Below are positions 54,019-64,000 of a stretch of DNA of 64,000 nucleotides, piece by piece. The notes under the pieces are model-generated. The model was not told the origin of the DNA. It did no database searches and saw only the letters and a program-made list of their open reading frames with translations. The stretch lies in assembly GCA_951406725.2 (NCBI GenBank), contig OX597826.1, positions 68,324,001 through 68,388,000 of the forward strand, in the 5' to 3' direction. The position numbers were made by a program, and so were the translations under genes. The stretch's first letter is position 1; every line of letters starts with the position of its first letter. Source of the stretch: Octopus vulgaris. Its lineage: Eukaryota.

Positions 54019-54284
54019 ACGTATTATTTGTTTAAATGCACGAAGGCATTTCCTTTTGCGGAATTCTACCGAATCGCTCGCTAAACAAATAGTTTTGGAG
54101 GGAAATAAATTGCAATAATATTATGTGGCTTGATTGAATTAAAAATAGCTCACGCCCGTTGTATATAAAAACAAATATATTATTCTGCAAACCCGTGACA
54201 CAAACGGCATGGTTGTAGCTGGTGCTGTATTAATTATTTGCGTTCAGAGAAATAGCGGTATTAAGAATATGTACAGATACACAC

Positions 54285-54365
<81 letters not shown>

Positions 54366-54456
54366 AACAAACAAACAAACAAACAAACAAACAAAACTAT
54401 ACACTATACAGACATATATATATATATATATATATACGTCTATGTATGTATGTATA

Positions 54457-54576
<120 letters not shown>

Positions 54577-54603
54577 ATCTATCTATCTATATACTTATCT
54601 ACG

Positions 54604-54656
<53 letters not shown>

Positions 54657-55947
54657 CTATCTATCTATCCATCGATCTATCTGTCTGTCTCCCTGTCTTT
54701 CTATCTAGCTATTTATGTATCTACCTGTGTGCGCGCGCCTGTGTGTGTGTATTCCAAGTATATTCTCAGCAACAACGGGTCATCAGGGAACCCTTATTGC
54801 AATAGTTAGACATACACACACACACCATCCACACACACACCATCCACACACACACCATCCACACACACACCATACACACACACACCATCCATACACACAC
54901 GCACACACACTTGCACACAACAGACATACATGTGCACGCACAGCATACACGTATGCATAAACACAGACACGCACGCACACATATATATATATATATATAT
55001 ATGTATATATGCACATATATATATATGCACATGTATATATGTATATATATATATAGCTATGTGTATGTGTTTATATATATATATATATGTATACACACAC
55101 ATGTATGTTAAATGTGTTTACGTTTGAATTTCTTATCCTGGGTGTATGTTTTTGTCAAGTAATGTTTAGATAGATATATGCGTATACGTATGCATGTGTG
55201 TATATATCTGCTTACGTATGTAGCTATGCATGTACGTATGAATGCATGCATAGACGTTTACATGGAATTCTCTAGCCATAACGAATACGGTAAGGCATTA
55301 GTTGGCCAGTGTCAATGTTTGGCAGCGACCGTGTCCCTTACCCAGATGTCATTCATAAAATAGGGGACATGAATGAACACAACAAAATCCCCACTGCCAT
55401 CTTCCCAGTGCCATCAATGGCCAATAATACGTCAAAATGATTGATTGCTAAATCTTCGGTGGATTTTATCAAGAGAAGCATGCGATTACGGAGAATACGT
55501 CTTCCAATTCAAGATAACTAAGCCCTCGTTAATTATTAAGTAGAAGCCGTGTGAAGGTGGAGGTGAGGCGAATGGTGCAGCTTGATGGAATAGAAAATGG
55601 CTGACTGTTGAATAAAATATTGACTAACGGCATGTACATTCGTCCCCCAACATGTTATTGATTGAAACCCAGTTGATAATTGGCTGATTATACTGTTTAT
55701 AAATCTAGGGTACAATACATGTCGAAGGAATATAAATCGGTTTGTATGCTCAGGTAACATGTTGAGGGACGTGGTTTGTTATCGAATGTTACAGGCCTCA
55801 CAAGGTACGTTTTAAACATCGGTGTTTCGAGAAGAATTCTAACGAAAGGGTTCAGCAGTTTAAAGACATATTCTGCATTGAATATTACGTGACGTGAACC
55901 TACATGACTAATCACACACCTTCGTTTATATATCATTTTAGTGTATC

Positions 55948-56559
55948 AAGGCGGTGAGCTGGCAGAAACGTTAGCACGCCGGGCGAAATGCTTAGCGGTA
56001 TTTCGTCTGCTGTTACGTTCTGAGTTCAAATTCCGCCGAAGCCGACTTTGCCTTTCATCCTTTCGGGGTCGATTAAATAAGGACCAGTTACGCACACTGG
56101 GGTCGATATAATCGACTTAATCCGTTTGTCTCTACTTGTTTTTCCCCTCTGTGTGTAGCCGCTTGTGGGCAGTAAAGAAATAAGTATTTCGTCTGCTGTT
56201 ATGTTCTGAGTTCAAATTCCGCCGAGGTCGATTTGCATTTCGTCATTTCGGGGTCGATAAATTAAATACCAGTTACGCACTGGGGTCGATGTAATCGACT
56301 TACTCCCTTTGTCTGTCCTTGTTTGTCCCCCTGTGTTTAGCCCCTCAAGGGGCTAAACAATAAATAATAAACGTTAGCAAGCCCGGTGAAATACCTAGCG
56401 GTATTTCGTCGGTCTTTATGAGTTCAAATTCCGCGGAGGTCGACTTTGCCTTTCCCTCTTTAGTAGTCGATAAATTAAGTACCAGTTGTGACTTGGGGTA
56501 GATCTAATCGACTGGTCCCCTTTCCCAAAATTTAGGGCCTTATGTCCAGAGTTCAAAAG
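55948..56559 (+). mobile_element. SINE family B trimer (2 x tail1 + terminal tail2)
   Basis: Three bodies; 16-bp TSD with 2 mismatches, ATCATTTTAGTGTATC (55932-55947) / ATTATTTTAGTTTATC (56560-56575). Confidence 0.92.
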
Positions 56560-57274
56560 ATTATTTTAGTTTATCGCATAGTACACATACCTACGTCTTG
56601 TACAACATTGGCCCTGGTTAACGGGGCTGCATCTCCATAACGGCAACATTCGCTAGGAACAGAAACAAAATTGCCTCCATTATATATAAAAAGGTTATAG
56701 AAATGGTGATGTTATATATTGTGGCTGTAAACTACCTGTTCATAACAAAACGTGTGACTGACACCTGTAATCCTGAAAACAAATTTTTCGTCAGGTTTAA
56801 TTTCAGACTAGCTACAATAACAACTACATTCAGCAGAGTACCTTCGAACAGATTTGTCGACTTCACCTTATATCTTTTCGAGCTCGTTAAACATATGGAG
56901 ATTCGGGTCGATGTAATCGACTTCTTCATCCGCTCATAACCGCTTGAATTTTACGAAAATTAGAAAAAAATTTACAATACACTTCCTATTGCAAAACGAT
57001 GGCGTGATTTCTCTACTCTCTAACAATTCGATGCCAAATTGTTGCTCATTCCCCTGTAAGAATGTGTGTCTTTTGACCATTCGATTTAATCTCCTATGTT
57101 CCGACCACTGCAGGATGTAGGCCTCAGCTTATTCTATCCACTAACTGCGGTCCTTTGCGGAGTTTTGAGATACTGGTCTGGTGAGTCTACTCTGGGTTGT
57201 TGATCATTCTCTGCCACACTGGCTCGACGTGGCTTGACGGAGTGGTGGAGTTTCTATCCTCTTATTCATGAGTA

Positions 57275-57460
57275 TTTAAGTTGATTACATAAACCCCAGT
57301 ACTCAACTGACATTCATTTTATTTGATCCTGAAAGAATGAAAGGCAAACTTGACCTCGGAGGAATTTGAACTCAGATCGTTAAATAAAAAAAAGCGTTTG
57401 AAATAAAACGCTAAGTATTTCTTTCGTCCAGCGTGCTAATGGTTCTGGCAGTTTGCCACA
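57275..57460 (-). mobile_element. Diverged family B SINE
   Basis: gaatgaaaggcaaacttgacctcggaggaatttgaactcag...gcgtgctaa. Confidence 0.75.
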
Positions 57461-58131
57461 TTTTGTCATAAGATAGATAAATTACACAAAAAGGAATCTG
57501 TATGTGATTGATGTCGTTGTTGTTTGATCATAATGCAACAGACGCTCCAGACTTGACTATCTGGTCTGTCGTTTCCTATCAGCAATTAGTATTCAGTGCT
57601 ATATTACCGAAAGTGACCATCTCCTTACGAGTCTCGGTAACCACTTTATTCAGATTTGGCTGGTATTTCGAGCAGAAGGAGAAGACCTATATAGGCCATG
57701 GCGTTGGCTTGTGCAGAGGTTCCAGGGTCACAACACATGCAAGGAATTCCACTCTATTAAAAAGAGCGAATGACACATTAAATGATATAGAAGTAATTAC
57801 ATTATGTGTGACATCAAAAGACAGAATGGTCGCGGTTGGAACGCTTTTGATCATGAGCTCGCTAAATCACACTAGAACTATTGCCTAAACAACAACAACC
57901 GCAAGAGCAACAACTACACTAAAGATATTGACAGAGTGAATTTTTTTTACAACTTCAATTTTGTTAATTACCCATTAACTTTTTTCCGTAACTCATTAAA
58001 ATTTATTACAACATATAATTTAGTATATCATCTGTCACATGACCCATTAGATTTGTTGGAAACTATTGAAGTCTTTGAATTTCTATATTTCAAAGGACAT
58101 TTTCCAAATATTTCTCCCTCTCTCAAACACG

Positions 58132-58164
<33 letters not shown>

Positions 58165-58589
58165 GCATTTCTCTCCCGTTCTTTTTCACCGCTTCTTTCT
58201 CTCCTTCTCTTCTTCGCTGTTTCGTTCCCTCTCGCTCTTTACTTGCACTTTATCTTAAATTTGATTCACGATACAGATATTCATATAGCGGTACTTGAGC
58301 AAAAGTTGAAAGTTAAGCGCATGAATTATACAGGAGCTAACTCTAACTCAGATGTGAATATTCCAGAACAATATACAGGATATTTTGTATACACGCAAAA
58401 AAAAATTATGTATACGATGTTTGGTGTACACTTATATGCATGCATTTGTACATATCCATATATATCTATGAAGATGGTCATGCGTGTATATATATATATA
58501 TATATGGATTCTGGTGGATTTTGAAAGTTTATAGCATATAGAAGCGAGGCACGTTTATCATCACCTCGTGTATATATGTTGGTCCTTGG

Positions 58590-58682
58590 CTTTTCTGCTG
58601 ACGAAACAACGCCAGTGATAAATAAATAAATTAAATTGATTTATTTACAAAGATTGTCGAAACTATGCATAGTCCAGAAAAG
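58590..58682 (+). ncRNA. Type I hammerhead ribozyme with long stem II and palindromic stem III
   Basis: CTTTTCTG-CTGACGA-aACAA...TTGTc-GAAAC-TATGCATA-GTC-CAGAAAAG: 8-bp stem I, 12-bp palindrome ACTATGCATAGT, GUC triplet (cut after 58674); A.C at 10.1:11.1. Confidence 0.8.
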
Positions 58683-59405
58683 GAAAGGGTAAACGTTTTT
58701 ATTTCTCTTTCCATTTCAGAATTAGAACTATTAGTGATTTGGAGTTTGGCTGCTCTTTCTAGTTAGTCGGATGTCCTATTATGGCCGTCCCTTATATGTT
58801 TGAATGTATATATATATATATATATATATTGGCAAGCGTAAGTGAGACCATAACCTTGTGGCCTATGCCAGGAGTGTAACCAGTCCACGTGCCATAACCA
58901 ACAGTAGCATCGTCCCCTATGGGACCACCACATTTAGGTGGCAAATATACTTCCCGATTCAGTGCTCCTACAGCTTCTTGCTCAGGGGTTTGACACTGGT
59001 TGTGAAAATATACTAGCTTAAGGTGATTCACACTACGCGCGGGTGAGCTTGTTGTTGTTACTTTCCGTTGCTTCCTTTCTGTTTCTCATGGCCGCATTCT
59101 CCCTCTTTGTTTCTCTCTCCTTTCTCTCTCACTTTCTCACTCTCTTACTCTTCCTTTCTCTCCGATTCTCGCCCGATTTTTCTTTCTCTGTATCTTTATC
59201 TATCTCTCTCCCATTTATAAAAAAGTAGACTTCCGCGCTTAAATTACTAACCCGCTTCGACTTTACCATGTTGAAAATTAGATTGCAATCGGGCAAAAAA
59301 GTGTCCAATTTGAAATAACTTAGCGGATTGCCAACCGAGATCGATAAAATGACTTAGTGGTTCACCAGTCATGATCGATAAAATGACATAAAATAAAATA
59401 AAATA

Positions 59406-59486
<81 letters not shown>

Positions 59487-59559
59487 ATATGTTTGTATAT
59501 ATATGTGTGCGTGTATATATGTATATATATATTCTTTTCTTGTATTCGCTTTTAAAAGT

Positions 59560-59970
<411 letters not shown>

Positions 59971-59971
59971 A

Positions 59972-60003
<32 letters not shown>

Positions 60004-60103
60004 TAATTTCTATATTTACGTAATAAATTTACATTAAATTCTAGGATTACTCGATATATTACTTAGAGTATAATTATGATATTCCTTAACATGTATAACC
60101 TTC

Positions 60104-60148
60104 AGAGGGACTAACAAGTTTCGTCCAGATAAAACATCATCAGACTCT
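60104..60148 (-). ncRNA. Type I hammerhead ribozyme motif in a PLE-like terminus adjoining (TA)n
   Basis: Minus: AGAGT-CTGATGA-tGTTT(tatct)GGAC-GAAAC-TTGTTA-GTC-CCTCT; stem III ACT/AGT; one stem I mismatch. Confidence 0.65.
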
Positions 60149-60496
60149 ATTAAGTGGGGTTCAACTTTGTTAAATTCATATGAAATCTATACAATGTTGA
60201 ATCAAAATAGTTGTGTCGCTGCCGTAACCTAATCTAGCTCGTTCGTACAACTATGATCGTAGTGAGACATTAGCATGTGATACAGTTTTTAACATCTTGT
60301 GATATATATTTGATACGGACATAATTGCTTTGCTCATTATTAAATGGCTACACTGGCTTTCGCAAGACGTTTGTATGTGTATGTGCATGCACGCATGTAT
60401 GTATATGCATACACACACATACACACACAACACACATATATGTACTTATACATGCATTCATATGCATAACACATAAGGCATGTATGTATATATATG

Positions 60497-60527
<31 letters not shown>

Positions 60528-60702
60528 CTTTATATATTATATATATATATATGTATATTATCTTTATATACTTTATATGTAAGGCATATGTTATACATGT
60601 ATGTATATTCTTGTAATTGTCATTTTAGCAAATATATAAATTGATGTAATATAATTTCTCAAATTTGATGAACCAGCTATTGATCCCCTCCATTTTCTTA
60701 TT

Positions 60703-60798
<96 letters not shown>

Positions 60799-61339
60799 AA
60801 GAGAGAGATAGATAGAGAGAGAGACACACACGCAGACAGACAGACAGATACATAGTTAAATAGATAGAAAGATGAAAGTATGGAAAAATAGTTGTCGATA
60901 TAAATATATACCATCGCACACATAGACACACACAAAAACATTTCCCTTCCACACACACTCACACAAACACACACATGTAGACGACGGTGGAACATGGATA
61001 TTGAATGTTATTTTATCATTACTATTATATCATTACTATTTTCCATGTGAAAAACACCTGAGGCAAACTGATTTATAAGCTGCACTTATTAACTGCAGAG
61101 TTTCATAAAATTATCTATTAGAAGTAGAGCGAAAACAATGGTGGGAGCAAACCTAGAACTTAGAAGTATTAGCAGCCCGTGGTAATACACGATCAAAAGA
61201 TTATTATGACTGTTGATCCCTTTTATGTAAGTTTGTTTCTTATTCCAGAAAGAGATTTCTACCTTGAAAAGAACGTAATTATACAGAAGCTCGCATTACG
61301 CATAAATATATATATATAAGTGTGTGTGTATATATATAA

Positions 61340-61391
<52 letters not shown>

Positions 61392-61579
61392 GTGTGTATA
61401 TATTTATATATATGTATACATATATAGACATACATATACATAACTATATACACATATATGTATATATATATAGATATGTATATATACACACACACATATA
61501 TATATATATGTGTATATGTACATATACATATATATATATACGTGAATATATATATATATATATACATGAATATATATAT

Positions 61580-61645
<66 letters not shown>

Positions 61646-61971
61646 CGGGAGAGAGATAGACATATATATGTATCATGCATGCATGTATTATGCATGTATG
61701 TTTATGTATATATATATATATATATATATACCTACATATATATAGTAATCACCGATGTATATTTCTCAATTATTCAGAAAATACCTATTTTGATCAAGGT
61801 AATTTATAAGCAACCTCAATTAAAGGAGAAAGTCTATTTAGAGAAATATTAAATCAATTTGACAATATTGTGACACGGAGAGACCATCGAACATGGCATA
61901 CAGTTACTGGAATAAGTGGCTTGATTTTACATTTGCGTTTGTCATACTAAATTACATACCTACGTATATGC

Positions 61972-62015
<44 letters not shown>

Positions 62016-62030
62016 TATATAATAATAATG

Positions 62031-62158
<128 letters not shown>

Positions 62159-62455
62159 TATAACAGCAACAACAACAACAACAACAATAATAATAATTAT
62201 TATTATTATAAAAATTGACAATAAATGAGATCTCGATATTAGATAAACACAGGATTATTTATATACTTATTTATATTTATATATGTATAGTTTAGGACAA
62301 TCTGTCAGAGTTTCAATAGCCTTAGCCAAGATCTGCGATGCATTCTCGTCGGCTATCTCTCTATCTGTTGCCATTAATATCCAATAATAATGTATCGTGG
62401 CTATTAGCTCCGGTATTTGAAACTCTGAATACTATTACGACAACATACTGTTTGT

Positions 62456-62490
<35 letters not shown>

Positions 62491-62505
62491 ATATATATAT
62501 ATATA

Positions 62506-62772
62506 AAGGCGCATGACTAAGTGATTAGAGCATCGAGCTTACGATCGTGAGCTTGTGAGTTCGAATCCCGGACCGGGCTGTGTGTTGTGTTCTTAAGCAA
62601 GACACTTTATTTCACGTTGCTCCAGTTCACTCAGCTGTAGAAATGAGTTGCGACGTCACTGGTGCCAAGCTGTATCGGCCTTTGCCTTTCCCTTGGATAA
62701 CATCAGTGGCGTGGAGATAGGAGGCTGCTATGCATGGGCGATTTCTGGCCTTCCACAAACAACCATGCCCGT
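62506..62772 (+). mobile_element. Group C SINE, tail variant 2
   Basis: A-box-like TGACTAAGTGA, B box GTTCGAATCC (62559-62568), CORE-like segment, body shared with 38770-39100. Confidence 0.9.
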
Positions 62773-62860
62773 ATAGGTACAATCCTATGGCCAATCACGA
62801 CCGAAAGGGGTCTCAAAATATATATATATATAAATGTGTGTGTGTGCGTTTGTGTGTGTA

Positions 62861-62956
<96 letters not shown>

Positions 62957-63064
62957 CATTTCTATATATATATTATAATAAAAATGACCATTCCGAAATA
63001 TAACAATATATATTTACATATATATATGCACTAAGATAAGCATATATTCTGCCTAATATTTATG

Positions 63065-63111
<47 letters not shown>

Positions 63112-64000
63112 GTGTATGTGTGTGTGTGCTTGTATATGTATATATGTACCTCTGTAACTCTCGATAAATCTTACATCTCTCTCACTCTTCATTCTCCCTC
63201 ACCCGCTCTCTCTCTCTTTATATATATATAGAGAGAGAGAGGGGGGAGATGCATACTTGCATAAATATATACTGTATATTCATATATGTATTATATATAT
63301 ATATATATATATTTATTTATACATTATATGCATACCTACATACACACACATGGAGATATATATCGACTTAGATATGTGTTTATATTTACCTGTATACGTA
63401 TTTATGTAAGTATACAAACATTTATGTAGAGACACATCGGTTAGTAAATACGGAATTGTTTCTGGATCACGACTGAGTTCGCGTTTATTTCCTTCTCATT
63501 CATTCAAATCTAATTCATATCAATAGCTTTTCCTCAGTCCATTAACGCTTCGAATCCGTCTCCCTTTTATCACTGCGTCGTGTCGTTTAGTATATTATAT
63601 TGTAGCGAAACGGGTTGTTGTTATAAAATGCATGTCTTAACTGACGAGAAATATCACGTTTGTGTGTCCGGTGAAAAACTCTTTGATTATGAAATTCACA
63701 ATCCCGTTGTTTACATTGGAATTCATGTATTACATTCGTCGTCTGACGTATTTTCTATTGCTTATTCGCTTTCTTATTCTGAGGTTTTCTTGGTTATTCT
63801 GACTATGATATTGTCGTTAAGTTGTTTCTAATAACGTATTCATTCATTCTGTAAATTGGGTGCGTTTATGTAATCCAGCGTTGTATATTTGAGATTTGTA
63901 CATTATTTTAGGACAAATCTGTTCAATCTCCATAAGTAGCTTACTTAAATGTTCTTCTTGTATTAGACTATAGTTTGGTCTACTGGGTTTTCAGATCCTC

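Noticed and set aside
54751-54791. Minus-strand hammerhead-like motif
   Set aside because: CTGATGA and a 4-bp stem I are present, but stem II does not pair and GAAA reads GAAT.
55709-55753. 45-bp candidate exon
   Set aside because: Weak donor (gtaaca), two open frames and no supporting homology.
62506-62580. tRNA gene
   Set aside because: A and B boxes are present but there is no proper cloverleaf, and the sequence continues into a SINE body repeated elsewhere in the window.
63641-63700. CTGACGA...GAAA hammerhead candidate
   Set aside because: No consistent stem I, II or III pairing.

Overview
This is AT-rich eukaryotic non-coding DNA, probably intronic or intergenic. The repeat families look like those of an octopus (Octopus sp.) genome; this is recognition from memory, not a database match. 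I see no intact protein-coding gene, and most ORFs in the supplied track are translations of (TA)n, (CA)n, (GATA)n or trinucleotide microsatellites. The window is a mosaic of four groups of tRNA-derived SINEs (A-D), decayed CR1 and RTE LINE pieces, Tc1/mariner remnants and MITEs, two non-autonomous Helitrons and a Helentron-type element. It also holds many Penelope-like (PLE) terminal fragments. Two things stand out. (1) About ten type I hammerhead-ribozyme motifs occur in unrelated sequence contexts. Several lie in small non-coding fold-back elements sitting inside (TA)n tracts, including a 1.5-kb element with perfect 79-bp ribozyme-containing inverted repeats and its 101-bp miniature. (2) SINE family B forms head-(body+tail1)n-body+tail2 multimers, each bounded by a single 16-bp target-site duplication (TSD). 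All coordinates and alignments were read by eye.
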